Positions 13,493-27,047 of a DNA stretch of 64,000 nt are shown here, piece by piece. This DNA comes from Octopus vulgaris (lineage: Eukaryota). Location of the stretch: the NCBI GenBank assembly GCA_951406725.2, contig OX597822.1, forward strand, positions 66,216,001-66,280,000, in the 5' to 3' direction. The position numbers and the translations under genes are program-made. The notes below the pieces were generated by a model that did not search any database, had not been told where the DNA came from, and worked only from the letters and a program-made list of their open reading frames with translations. Positions within the stretch are counted from its first letter, which is position 1. Each line of letters opens with the position of its first letter.

Positions 13493-14063
13493 TCCTTTTC
13501 TACTCTAGGCAAAGGCCCGACATTTTTGGAGAGGCGACCAGTCGATTACATCGACTCCAGTACGCAACTGGTACTTAATTTATATACTCTGAAAGGATGA
13601 AAAGCAAAGTCGACCTCGACGGTATTTGAACTCAGAACATAAAGACAGACGAAATACCTCTTCCTATTTCTTTACTACCCACAACAGGCTAAACACAGAG
13701 AGGACAAACAAGGACAGAAAACGGATTAAGTCGACCATATCGACCCAAATGCGTAACTGGTACTCATTTAATCGACCCCGAAAGGATGAAACGCAAAGTC
13801 GACCTCGGCGGAATTTGAATTCTGAACGTAGCGGCAAACGAAATACCTATTTCTTTTCTACCCACAAGGGGCCAAAAACAGAGGAGACAAACAAGGACAG
13901 ACAGACGGATTAAGTCGATTGTATCGACCCCAGTGCGTAACTGGTACTTATTTCATCGACCCCGAAAGGATGAAAGGCAAAGTCGACCTCGACGGAATTT
14001 GAACTCAGAACGTACCACTAAGCATTTCACCCGGCATGCTAACGTTTCTGCCAGCTCGCCGCC
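13493..14063 (-). mobile_element. Family-B SINE trimer (~185-bp period)
   Basis: Three tandem cores (gtcgattacatcgac...aactggtactt...gaaaggatgaaa...gtcgacctcg...tttgaactcagaac) with one head at 14040-14063. Confidence 0.9.
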
Positions 14064-14104
14064 TTGGAACAACCTATTATATTGGTACAACCTGCGTAAA
14101 TAAT

Positions 14105-14575
14105 GTTTTAAGGCCCGAATTTGCGGGGAGGGGTTCAATTTATTAGATCGATCCCAGGTCCGCAACTGGCACTTTATTTATCGACCTCCGAAAGACAAAG
14201 TAGACCTCGGTAAAATTTGAACTCAGAACATAAAGACAGACGAAATACAGATAAGCATTTCGCCCGACGTGCTAACAGTTTAATCGAAAAATCGAATCCA
14301 TGACTTATGTTTTTTAAAGCCTAGTACATACTCCATCGGTCTCTTTTACCGAACCGCTGATTTACGGGAATACAAATCTTCGTAATTTTTCAAGTGGTGA
14401 GGGGACCCAAAGGCACACACACACACACAGGCACACACAAGCACATATACACGACGGACATCTTTCAGTTTCTGTCTACCAATTACACTCACACGGAAGA
14501 CTTTTGGTCAACTTCCCACGCAGTGGGACTGAACCCAGAGCCATGCGGTTATGAAGTAAGCCACGCCTGCGCTTA
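14105..14575 (-). mobile_element. Adjacent degenerate family-B and family-A SINE fragments
   Basis: B core at 14140-14278; A segments cctagtac...ccgaaccgct and cacgcagtgggactgaaccc. Confidence 0.7.
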
Positions 14576-16163
14576 TATTTATATGTACAGTGTGTACACA
14601 ATATAGTTATTTCATTCCAAATATCCACTTCCTTCAATTTGTTTCGAGAAAACAAATCACATGGTATGTGTTATTTATTGCGATAGATGCGTTCTCTATA
14701 ATTTCCCTTGTATAAGATAAAAGGCAATTCCTGGGCAATTATTAGAGCGTTGTTTGAAAGAAAATTGTGAAAATTAATGAACTGGCAAAGAATATATGTT
14801 TTGGAAGTGTAAATGGAGTAAAACTTCTCAGAAACTTCTAATCTGAAGTGAAATAAAGTGCTGAGTAATAAAGAGAGGGAAGGCGAGGCATTGTATTTAC
14901 TGTGTTATTGTTTACGGTCATTTCAATCCTTATCGTTAAAACGTTTGACCAAAATTTTTCCACCGTTACCATCTTGTCCGATTTTTAGATGTACAATAAC
15001 ATATCCGAGTTGACAGTATTCAACGTTTGTTATATAATATGTCATGGAATATCTGCTACTGCAAGTAAGCGTACTATTGTTTCAAATTGTATACACACAT
15101 ATTATGGAAATTTTTTTTACCCCAACATTGAACTATCAGGTAAATTTTATAATAACTTGCGTGGAGAATGTAACACCTCCTGAGAAGGCGAAAAAAATTA
15201 ATCTCCATTAATGGAAAATGATAGACTCCAAAAAGAGAAATAAAGCAAAGAAATGGAAGATAAATGGAAAGAGAAATGTGTAAATTCCTCGATAGGATCA
15301 CAATAAATTTGAAGAATTGAATTCAGTTATGTTGCCTGGGCAGATATTGAGAAAATATCACACACATCTTCACAGGGAAATGTTGGTACATATGGTTTTA
15401 TGCGTTCGATTTGTAGTCCCTGAATAAAAATGTGCTAACACATACACCGGCTTATATATGTATTGATGAACAAGAAAAGTGTCCGCGGTAGGATGAAGAA
15501 AACCAGTATATTTATATCTTGGTTTTCTGTTTTGGTATATAGAGATAAACGAATTCACGCTGCCGCTGAAATAAATGTAAATAAGAAAACCACAAACTTA
15601 TCCAATTGCCAATTATGCAAGATGGATGTCTGAAAAAAATTTTTTTCACTTAACCTGAGTTATGGTTGAATTGTTATAGAAAAATGAAAGCTTTAAATTC
15701 AACAAGTATTAGAATGTAGTCTGACATAAGAATGTTAAAATTAATGAAATGGAGAATATATGAAAGCTTCAGAACAGTAAACGTAGGAAAATTATCGCAT
15801 AAACTTCTAATGTGACGCAAAACAAACTAATTACCACTTACACAATAGCATTATACTTTATGCGATGACTTAATAGAACGATGTCGACGTTATTCACTTT
15901 GAATGCAGAATCGCTTATGTAATAAAATGTGGAGATCATTGAACCTGCAATGGAAACTATGTCTCGGACAAAACGCGCCGATGGCTTAGATGTTGGTGCG
16001 TTTGTTTAGACGTGTTTTGTTAACACGATTGAAAATTTATTTTTCAAAGTGTAGCTGAAATGAAATACAAGACTTATTTAAACTTCAGAGAAACCATTTT
16101 AATTAAAAGCATTGCGAAGTCATGTTACGCACAGGAAAAATAAATATCAGCGGCAAAACAATG

Positions 16164-16180
16164 GTGATGATGATGATGAC

Positions 16181-16228
<48 letters not shown>

Positions 16229-16265
16229 AATAATAATAATGATAATAATGATGATGATGATGATG

Positions 16266-16338
<73 letters not shown>

Positions 16339-16351
16339 CAACAACAACAAC

Positions 16352-16413
<62 letters not shown>
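16164..16413. repeat. Compound trinucleotide microsatellite (GAT)n(AAT)n(AAC)n(AAT)n
   Basis: Direct reading. Confidence 0.98.
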
Positions 16414-16414
<1 letters not shown>

Positions 16415-16630
16415 CCTTTCTACTGTAGATGCAAGGCCTGGAATTTACGGAGAGGGACAAAGTCAATTACATCGACCCCATTGTTTAACTGGTACTTAAT
16501 TTATCGACCTCGAAAGAATGAAAGGCAAAGTCGATCTCGGCGGAATAAATATCGACAACAGAAGTAGCGACGGTCGAATTACCGCTAAGCATTTCGTCCA
16601 GCGCGCTACAGATTCCGCCAGTTCACTGCC
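16414..16630 (-). mobile_element. Family-B SINE inside TAA array
   Basis: B core and head; (TAA)n on both sides. Confidence 0.85.
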
Positions 16631-16633
16631 TTC

Positions 16634-16685
<52 letters not shown>

Positions 16686-16774
16686 TGATGATGATGATGA
16701 GGAGGAGGAGGAGGAGGGGGAGGAGGGGGAGGGAGATGATGAGAAGAAGAAGAAGAAGAAGAAGAAGAAGAAGA
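16634..16774. repeat. Compound microsatellite (AAT)n(GAT)n(GAG)n(AAG)n
   Basis: Direct reading. Confidence 0.95.
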
Positions 16775-17664
16775 AGGTCAGGCTTGTGTAGGATGAAAGT
16801 TTGCAAAGATAAAGCACTATACAAGAAATTGAAAACGAATGAAACTGAAAATAGGTGGGTAAAGAAAAGAATGCACGGTCAATTTCATAGGGATGTTGAG
16901 GATAAGATAGACAGAAAAAAGATGGCTGTTGATGACTAAAAGTGATTTAAAACCGGGAAGGTAGGCTCTAATATGTGCTGCCCAATAGCAAACACTAAGA
17001 ACAAACTGCATAAAATACAGAATAGACAACACAGCAGAAAGTGATAAGTGCAGTATATTTGGACCAAACTTTGAAACCGCATGGTAAATTTCCAGCCAAT
17101 GTACATCACTAGCCCAGAAGGAATCTAAGAGACACTACGACAATATAACCAGGCTCCGATGCAACAAGTATGGTCTTGACAGAGCAAAAAATTGGTACGA
17201 CAACAAACCTGAAGTCATCGTCGAAAATGGAAATGCAAAGATCCTTGTGCGACCATAGGATATAGAATAGGAAGCTGGACATAGTCCTAATTGAGAAGGA
17301 AATCAAACTATGCTGGATCATAGATATAGGATGGCCAGCTGACAACAAGGTTTGCGATAAAGAAGAAAGAAAAGTCGAGAGATGACAAGTTAGCTTGGAA
17401 AGGTAAGCAGTTGTGGTCGATGAAAAAGGTAGCAATAGTACCAATAATTACCGGAGCCCTGGGAATAGTGAGCAAAAATCTCGAGAAGTACGTGGAACAA
17501 ATAGAGGCTGCAATAAATGCGAAGCACTTGCAGAAAACAGCACTGCTTGGAACCGCTCGAACACTCCGGGACGTGCTCGAAAAATAAGAGGTGTTACCTT
17601 TGTTCACTGGTAATGAACAGCTGACACTGTAAGACATCTCTTGGGTTAGAAGCTGGGCAAAGGC
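16775..17664 (+). pseudogene. R4/Dong-like non-LTR retrotransposon 3' remnant (CCHC zinc knuckle region plus restriction-like endonuclease)
   Basis: Frame-broken translation: KRMHGQF...LICAAQ*QTLRTN...DKC...AQKE...DNI...RKLDIVLI...WIIDIG...VPII.GALG...LQKTALLGTARTLRDVLEK*; followed by (AAT)n. Confidence 0.85.
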
Positions 17665-17711
<47 letters not shown>

Positions 17712-17713
<2 letters not shown>

Positions 17714-18156
17714 TTTATTAATTGACATGTGTATTCCTTGCGATCACAATATAGCGGCGAAAGAATTTGACAAGATTAGTAAATATAAAGACTTGCTAAT
17801 ATAAATTGAAAAAATGTGGCATCTCAAGGCGACTACAGTACCAGTGATTGTAGGATCTCTAGGAATGATAAAAAAAATGGTACTGAAGCCTATTTGAAAA
17901 TGATTCCAGGCTTACCATCCCTACAGGAAGTACAAATAATCGTATTAACTGGAACAGCTCATGTACTGAGAGGAGCATTATCGCTGTGAAAACAACATCC
18001 ATCCGTGAATTTATTTATTTATTAATTTTTAAATTCATATTTTATCTGTGAATTTGCGTGTGTAATCTGGGAATGCATACAATGAGCTTCTCTGCCCTAG
18101 GTGTATGGAAAACACTCGGCGAGAAACGGAAGAAAATTTTAAGAAAGAAGGAAAAA

Positions 18157-18157
<1 letters not shown>
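17712..18157 (+). pseudogene. Second, different R4/Dong-like 3' remnant with 3' UTR
   Basis: CLLIDMCIPCDHNIAAKEFDKISKYKDLLI*IEKMWHLKATTVPVIVGSLGMIKK/GTEAYL...VLTGTAHVLRGALSL*; (AAT)n on both sides. Confidence 0.85.
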
Positions 18158-18199
<42 letters not shown>

Positions 18200-18257
18200 T
18201 TGATATGAGTATCCCTTAATTTCTTAGTAATGTTGCAAAAGAATTTCAAAAGCTCTG

Positions 18258-18465
18258 AAAATGGCAGAGTGGTTAACTTGCCGGGGAAAATGCTTACAGG
18301 CATTTCTTCCGTCTTTTTGTTCTGAGTTCAAATTCCGTTGAGGTCGACTTTTCCTTTCACCCTTTCGGGGTCGGTAAAAAGAGTACCAGTTAAGTATTAG
18401 GGTCGATGTGATCAATTAACGCCTTCCCTCAAAATTTCTGGCCGTGTGCCAAAATTTAAGACCAA
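18258..18465 (+). mobile_element. Family-B SINE
   Basis: ctgagttcaaattccgttgaggtcgacttttcctttcaccctttcggggtcgg core. Confidence 0.8.
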
Positions 18466-18759
18466 TAAATATTTTATGTACACCTATCAGTATATACTGC
18501 TCGACAATTCTTGGTAAACTAGCTTCAGATAATTTGCTTATCAGTGCGCTTGGATAGCATATTAATGCTAAAGTATAGGAGATTAAAATGATCTCATAAC
18601 ATAAACGAAACGTGATGCCACATGATTATCCATTCACAACTTAAAGGCGCCTATCTTCTGTAAAGGACGTTAAGTTTAGAGATTTCCTGATAGAGTTAAA
18701 CTTATAATACAGGCATACACACACGCCGCTATGCGTATGCATGTACGTAGGTATGTGTG

Positions 18760-18834
<75 letters not shown>

Positions 18835-19157
18835 ACTGCGTGTGCTTGTACGAGCTAACAACTTAGATTGCTTTAAGGAAATTAAGATTTCACTAAAGAT
18901 AAATTACTCGGATGGAGCGGGTAACTAATAACTGCAAATTCACATTTTCCCGCACAGTCTATTTAAAATTTTAAGATATAATTTGATGGGAAGAAATAAG
19001 AAGCGAAATATTCTTAATAATCTCAGTTTATATACCACAATCACTTATACAGAGGATAGTAGAGCGTTTCATTTTATATAATTAGCATTCACAATTTCTA
19101 AATCGTGTCTAAGGCTACATATTGGAAGTATTACAGTCGTGATTATAACATACATTG

Positions 19158-20690
19158 GTTTCAAATTTTGGCACAAGGCCAGCAATATGGGGAGAGAGTG
19201 TAAGTCTATTACATCGATCCCAGTGCTTGACTGGGAGTTATTTTATCGATCCTTAGAGGATGAACGGTAAAGTCATCCTCGGCGGAATTTGATCTCAGAA
19301 CGTAAGGAGAGACGAAATGCCGCGGGGGATTTTACCCGCTGTGCTACCGACTCTGCGATAGAAAATAAACAATAGTTCAACTAATTATCAGAAACAAGAT
19401 ATTATACTTATGTTCATGAGTATTCAATTTGAGCGAGGAGTGGCCAGCATTCTCTAGAGTATAACAACTTACACGGGGAAGCACACACTCGCGTGGTTCA
19501 GATTCCATTATATGCGCTGTATTGCGTAAGCGGCAGCTCAGCGGTGTTAGAGCGTTGCTTACAGCTTTTTGATCCGGCTCACTGAGTTTTTCATTTCAAT
19601 TTGTAAGGAAAAACACTTGAATTTATGTAGTCTTCATTCCAGACATTTATGATATTATTTCTTTATTACCCACAGGGGGCTAACGGAGAGGGAATAAACA
19701 AGGACAGACAAAGGGATTAAGTCATTTACATCGACCCCAGTGCTTAACTGGTACATATTTAATTGACATCGAATGGATGAAATGCAAAGTCGACATCGGT
19801 GGAATTTGAACTCAGGCCATAAAGGCAGACGAAATACTGCTAAGCATTTCGCCCGGCGTGCTAACGTTTCTGCCAACTGATCTTTATAATATTAAGACTG
19901 TAGTATCTACTCCACAACACAAATTGAGCTGAAATATATATCTTGAAATCTGAATAATATACCATGAAATCTGAATAAGATTTATTGATGTCAAATATGC
20001 AAATCGGTAAACTGAGATAATTGTTAATGCATTGGACAAAATGCTTAATGACATTTCTTCCGGCATTTCACGTTCTGAGTTAAAATTCCGCCGAAGCTGA
20101 TCTTGCCTTTTAACCTTTCGGGGTTGTTAAAATAAGTTCCTGTAAAACACCATGGTTTATGTAATCAAGTAATCATATCTCCCTAAAATTTCTGGCTTTG
20201 TGCCTGATTTTCACACTGTTATAAAAGGCGTAGATCTCGCTGAATCACTAGATCTGGCAGAAAGGCGGTGAGCTGGCAGAAACGTTAGCACGCCGGGCGA
20301 AATGCGTAGCCGTATTTCGTCTGCCATTACGTTCTGAGTTCAAATTCCGATGAAGTCGACTTTGCCTTTCATCCTTTGGGGGTCGATAAATTAATTACGC
20401 ACTGGAGTCGATGCAATCGACTTAATCCCTTTGTCTGTCCTTGTTTGTCCCCTCTATGTTTAACCCTTGTGGGCAATAAAGAAATAAGAATCGCTAGCGC
20501 GTCGAACACACTTCTTAGCACCCTTTTTCCGCCTACGAATTTCTGCCTTCAAGTTCCACCGAGAACCACTATACAATTCGTCCTCTTGCGCTTAATAAAG
20601 TTAGTACTATTTGAGTAGCAGGGTTGACATAATCAACTATTCTACTCTCCTTTCAATTGCAGCGTGTGTCAAAATTTGAAACCATTTCTG
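19158..20690. mobile_element. Cluster of about five family-B SINEs (19158-19360 -, 19657-19877 -, ~20040-20210 +, 20264-20490 +, degenerate 20490-20690 +)
   Basis: Repeated B cores; 19657-19877 and 20264-20490 are closely similar copies in opposite orientation. Confidence 0.8.
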
Positions 20691-21117
20691 TAAAGCAAAT
20701 GAATTTTTTGTATGCGTTGGGAATTCGTAGATGAGTTCTGATAGAAAACTCCTCATGCACGAAGTAGTTTACGGAATGACTAGACAAGCATATTCACCCA
20801 AAACAACTAGTCGTGATCTACAAATCCAGTGTTTCACAAATACCTAACTTATGCTTGGATAAAGACCGAAATTCACATTCCAACGAGAAGTGATGAAATG
20901 CATGCTTGTAGACACGCATAGAATAGGAAATTGTCCAAGATGTTAGGGAACTGAACACAAAAAATCATGGTTAAAAGTTTGACGCATGAATTGGGTTTTG
21001 CATTATGTCCTTTTGCTGCAACTTTACATTTTATCTAGTATTAGAAGGTTATTGTATCTATACATGCATCGAAAACAGGTAGCAAAATCGTGGTTCATGC
21101 CACCTGGCATATTGGCA

Positions 21118-21336
21118 TCTTTTACTTGTTTCTGTCATTTGACTGTGACTATGCTGGAGCACCGCCGTTTTAGTCGAGCAAATCGACGCCAAGACTTATT
21201 CTTTGTAAGCTTAGTTCTTATGCTATCGGTCTCTTTTGCCGAACCGCCAAGTTACGGGGACGTAACCACACCAGCATCTGTTGTCAAGCGTTGTTGGGGG
21301 TACAAACACAAACATACAAACGACACAAACATTTAG

Positions 21337-21369
<33 letters not shown>

Positions 21370-21499
21370 TATATATATATATAATACTAGGATTACAAAG
21401 AATAAGTCCTGGGGTCGATTTCTTCGACTAAAGGCGTTGCTCCAGCATGGCCACAGTCAAATGACTGAAACAAGTAAAAGAGTAAAGAGTAAGAATAAA
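21118..21499. mobile_element. Two family-A SINE 3' parts in inverted orientation around a (CA)n(TA)n tract
   Basis: 21118-21320 (-) and 21384-21499 (+) both carry the tail gctccagcat.g.cacagtcaaatgac.gaaacaagtaaaa. Confidence 0.85.
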
Positions 21500-22597
21500 A
21501 CGATGCAACGACAGCCTGGAATAGTTATACTTGATAAAACACCTGCTTGTTGAATTGAGGGTAGCCTCAGGGTAACACACATGGCAGTAGAAGCCTAAAA
21601 TATCAAAGGCATGGGAAATCGTGACTTGAAAATAACAGTGCGCATTACTTCCAGAACGGGCGGCGTATTATACGACTTTAACTAAGCCCATTACGTTCTA
21701 CTGGCGGGCATCGGACGTACGAACTTAGGCAGAACATCATAGACAAGGGAAAAAGTTAGAAAAAACTTTACTGTGGATTCGGCTAGATATATATACTGAA
21801 ACCAAAGCTGAGTGAATGAAAATACTAAAAATAATTGTTGAATGGTTTGCATGGTTAGAGTAGTTTCAATTTTGGTGCGTTTTTTTTCATGTATGACGGA
21901 AAATAATGAATTACAATGTGAACCGAAGAATTCGAACATTCGCTGATCGCATTGATGGCACAGCAATTTATGTGATCTCTAGGCAGTAGACGCAAAACAT
22001 AAACGCACACGTAGACAGACTTATTCCTTCACTTGCACAAGCGCTCACACATACGCACGCATACACACAAATGCACACAAACGTAGACATATATAGTTGT
22101 AGATAGATACATGCTGAGAAACAGTGAAATACGACGAAAATACTTTTTTTTATGATTATGTAAGCATATACTGTAAGCATCCCGATAAAAGAATGTAGTT
22201 CGTTTCAAGTGGTACATGGAAAAAAAAATGAATATTGGGTTATTTAAGAAGCATTAAGAGTCACCAAATCGTCATCAATGCCAGACAAAGCAGAAGGGTC
22301 CAAAGTGATTATGAGAGAAATTTTCGCAAATCAATAAAAAGTCTGTATAAAATGGTTTAACGGCAGCCACTTTGCTTTAAGCCGTTTTAGACATTCAGAC
22401 ATATGGCTATTCTCAAGGAACCCATTATGTTCACACTATTGCCATTTTGGTCATCACAAATCATCGTTGATTCCTTTCAGCTGCACCAGGATATAAAGAG
22501 AGATATTAAGATACATGTAGATGCACACACAAAGATATATATATATATATATAAAGTATATATATATCTATATATATATATATATAAAGTATATATA

Positions 22598-22633
<36 letters not shown>

Positions 22634-22634
22634 T

Positions 22635-22722
<88 letters not shown>

Positions 22723-23010
22723 GTTCGGCTTGAAAGAGAGCATTGACAGAAGTCAGATCTCCAAGTTAGATTTTTTTTTCTCATCTCCTCAAATATCCCC
22801 ATTCATTTTATTTTCATCCTGAGATAAGTGTAAACTCTCAAGTATGTTATTTACGCACAACGACTATGCACACACAGACACACACACACACACACACTCT
22901 CTCAGACACACACACACATACTCACACACGCACAAATACACATGTAGTTACATACGTATTGTGCACGTATGCTTATGTCTGTGTGTTCGAGCGTGTATGT
23001 GCCGTTTGTG

Positions 23011-23434
23011 TTCTTTTACTTGTTTCAGTCGCATGACTACGGCCATTCTGGAGCACCGCCTTTAGTCGAGCAAATAGACCCCAGGACTTATTCTTTGCAA
23101 GCCTAGTACTTATTCTATCGGTCTCTTTTGCCGAGCCGCTAAGTTACGGAGACTTAAACACACCAACATTGGTTGTCAAGTGATGCTGCCATATTGGCAA
23201 TAATAATAATAAGAAGAATAAAGCTTTAATCTGGAGGAACAAAAAAAAAGACACAAAGACACACAGATGAAAAAATATGCTTCTTTTAGTTTCCGTCCAC
23301 CAAATCCACTCACAAGGCCTTGGTCGGCTCGAGGCTGTTGTAAAAGAAAGATGCCCAATATGCCACGCAGTGGGACTGAACCCAGAACCATGTGATTGGG
23401 AAGCAATCGTCTTGCCACATGGCCACGTCTGTGC
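23011..23434 (-). mobile_element. Family-A SINE
   Basis: Reverse complement of 38903-39313 along its length. Confidence 0.85.
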
Positions 23435-23681
23435 ATACATCAGTATGCAGATTTCACACTTTCGTTCATTATGCCTGTCTACATTTACCCATTCCCTATC
23501 TTCCCTCCCTCTTTCGCTCTTTGCCTTCACCCCACTTTCTAACACTCAGTAGTTTCTATACAAATATGACATACGAGCAGACTTGTTGTTTATAATAACC
23601 TTTTACTCTCTCTTTCCTCTCTCTCTCTATCTATATCTCTCACTGAATAAAATATATATATGTGTGTGTGTGCGTGCATAA

Positions 23682-23768
<87 letters not shown>

Positions 23769-23802
23769 GACAGAGAGAGAGAGAGACAGACAGACAAAGA
23801 AA

Positions 23803-24133
23803 GACGGCGAACTAGCAGAAACGTTAGGACGCTGGGCGAAATGCCTTTTGGTATTTCGTCCGCCGCTGCGTTCTGAGTTCAAATTCTGCCGAGGTCGATT
23901 TTACCTTTCATCCTTTCGAAGGCGGGAAGCTGGCAGAAAAGTTTGCACGCCGGGCGAAATGCTTAGCAGTATTTCGTCTGCCGCTATGTTCTGAGTTCAA
24001 ATTCCGCCGAGGTCGACATTGTCTTTTATCCTTTCGGAATTGATTAAATAAGTTCCAGTTACCCACTGGGGTCGATATAATCGACTGGTCCCCTCCCCCA
24101 AAATTTCGGGTCTCGTGCCTAGAGTAGAAAAGA
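23803..24133 (+). mobile_element. Two tandem family-B SINEs (first one 3'-truncated)
   Basis: Heads at 23803 and 23921, each followed by gttctgagttcaaattc and core. Confidence 0.85.
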
Positions 24134-24198
<65 letters not shown>

Positions 24199-24255
24199 GA
24201 GTGAGAGAGGCAGGCAAACAGATAGAGACAGAGATACAGATATACATGTAATGTA

Positions 24256-24366
<111 letters not shown>

Positions 24367-25010
24367 TATGAATATATAAATGTGTAAATGTGTGTGTGAG
24401 TGTATACCTAAACAGATACATACACTATCATACTTACAAAGATACATTCACAGATACCTTTTACTTACGTTTATATATAGCATATACATATATGTATCTG
24501 TATACGTCTTCTGTTTATATACATATGTTTTGCATGCGTTTATGAAGTCATGAACACGAAAGGTACATCTACTATGTTTGCGAATAAATCTCAACTCATA
24601 TAGATGTAGACAGACACGGACGTGTAGTCGCATGTATCATTCATACATAAAAAGAAAAACATATGTACATAATGAAGCATTCATTCGAGAAGAAACTAAA
24701 AGACTCACTTACTGTGGAAACCAATAAAGCAGAAGATTATTTGCTGAGTTCTACTTTAGCAAATGTATTTAATGCATAAAACCAGTATCTTCGTACAGAA
24801 AGAATGATTATTCTTTAAACATAATATAAATTTTAAGAGTTTTGAATATACTTTTTCGGGATATGTTGTGTCATGTATCCAAAATGGAGGATTTGTTTCT
24901 TGGGCGTACGTATGATGGTGTAAGAGTGTTTGTGGGTATGTTTGTTCGTGTACATTTATAATTTTATCAGCAGCAGAATAATTTAACATACCTAAATTCA
25001 TATGCCCATG

Positions 25011-25041
<31 letters not shown>

Positions 25042-25100
25042 CATACATACACATTATACATATTACATACTATACATATGTATGTATACAGATATATGTA

Positions 25101-25148
<48 letters not shown>

Positions 25149-25256
25149 TACACCCGTATATATACATGCAAATGTATAATGTGTAATACGTTCAACGACA
25201 CACACATATATGTAAAAGTGTGTCTAAAGATCGATATTGTCATGTATATGTGTGTT

Positions 25257-25309
<53 letters not shown>

Positions 25310-25944
25310 AAGAAAGAGAGAGAGAGTGAGAGTTTGTGATTACATAGGTATATATGTATTCAGAAACATTTACAGGGAAAAGGCTGGCAATTACTTTCTC
25401 GTTTGAAGTGTTAAGCAAACGTCATTGATTAAAAGCATCGTTTGCACCTCTATTCAATGCATTCGAGTAATTCTCGGAAAATGATGCTGGAAATTTAACA
25501 TTCAAATCTAAATTGGGTTCTTGTTTGTGTTCAGTTTAAAAACGTGTTATGGTTTTGTCACTGCACAAACGCTCCAAAATATTTGTACACTTTTCACTTC
25601 GTTCGTTTTTTTTTTCATTTCTCTGCATATTTGTGTCTCTTTGTGTTTATATATATATATGTGTGTGTGTAAGTCTGTGTGTGTTTGTATGTGACCGTCT
25701 GTGTGTGTGTAAGTCTGTGTGTGTACGTGTGCGTGTATTGGTAGACACAGGCAGGATATCTCCAATAGGGAGTTATACAAGTGCTGGGGAGTGACCCACA
25801 TCTATTGATGCCAATTTTAGCTAATGTGTTTCGTTAAAAGCCTATGAGGTGCCGTTCTTTGCATGACTGCTCTTTGGTTATTGAGACCGATTGAAAGATT
25901 CGAAACTTATTCTCACCAATGACGGCGTGAACATCGTTTGAACA

Positions 25945-26343
25945 GTGTGGCGAATATGCCACTAGCATTGTACAAATGACTTTAAATTCAAATTTAGAAT
26001 TCATCCAATTATGGAGTCACGAGCCGTACTCCCATTACGCAATTCAGAGTCGAAACACATAAAATCACTGCAACATAATTTCTTCTTCTCAACAGGCTCT
26101 ACTCTAGTATCATCCCCAAACAAACCAAAGTAAACGATTCTATAATCTTCAAAAGATAAATGAACACATTTCTTGAAGGAATACCAGATAAGCCACCAAT
26201 ACCTCGATACATTTCTGTCATCCACATGTTCCTATTCGAATGGTCTATGTTACCACAAAACCTCAGTTAAGAATGACTAAACAGATTCTATCATGTATTG
26301 CTATAAAGTTATACAAGGGCTGGGCAAATTTTTGGTCAAATCG

Positions 26344-26345
<2 letters not shown>
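25945..26345 (+). pseudogene. Degenerate 3' end of a CR1/L2-group LINE (same family as 54331-54548)
   Basis: Translation ...HPIMESRAVLP...LQHNFFFSTGSTL.../TFLEGIPDKPPIPRY resembles the ORF2 C-terminus (LFLLGVPDEP at ~42800); 3' UTR aligns with 54470-54540. Confidence 0.7.
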
Positions 26346-26379
<34 letters not shown>

Positions 26380-26485
26380 CATCCAAGCTATCCATCCATT
26401 CACCCATCCACCCATCCATCCATCCATTTATCTATGTATGTATGTATGTATGTATGTATGTATGTATGTATGTATGTATCTCTCG

Positions 26486-26516
<31 letters not shown>

Positions 26517-26897
26517 CTAGCAGTATCGCCCGGCGTTGCTCAGGTTTGTAAGGGAAATAACTATAAAGCATTTTTAGAGAGTTATAGCCAAAAAATAGCA
26601 AAAAAATGGAAAAAAAATTGGTAAATTATTTTGAGGATTAAAAAAGGTGGAGTTGCGTCCCCTAGACGGTCTGTGGTTTGGGTTTCAGATTCTCGACCCC
26701 ATGTCGAATTTATCGATTTTTTTCAGAACTGGGGGAACTTTTCAAAATTTTCGCTGCGTTAGTTTTGAATTATGACATTGGGCTATGTGTGTGTCAAGTT
26801 TCATCAGAATCGGTTGAAAGCCGTGGTCAGAGTGAGGGTACGAGAAAACAGACACACAGAAAACGCACAGACAAACTGCCGTTTATATATAGAGAGA
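26517..26897 (-). mobile_element. Non-autonomous Helitron-like element
   Basis: On minus strand A|TC start, cctgagcaacgccggg subterminal GC-rich hairpin-like motif, CTAG|T end, no TSD; near-identical to 28768-29150. Confidence 0.8.
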
Positions 26898-27006
26898 TAT
26901 ATATATATTCTGACGGACCGGCGTCCCGTCCAGGTGGGGAATTTCTACGCCACTGAAACAGGGAAACCGACCCTTATGGGCCTGACATGGCTCGAGAAGG
27001 AACATT

Positions 27007-27047
<41 letters not shown>

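Noticed and set aside
13541-14010. Regularly spaced palindromic repeats resembling a CRISPR array
   Set aside because: Intervening sequence also repeats, copies are dispersed SINE units, and there are no cas genes
16112-16567. Poly-D/N ORF; also poly-T/S/L ORFs at 37619-38054
   Set aside because: Trinucleotide microsatellites open in several frames; no non-repetitive domain
26001-26225. Minus-strand ORF with FGDDT, like an RT catalytic motif
   Set aside because: The plus strand matches a LINE C-terminus and 3' UTR; the motif is antisense coincidence
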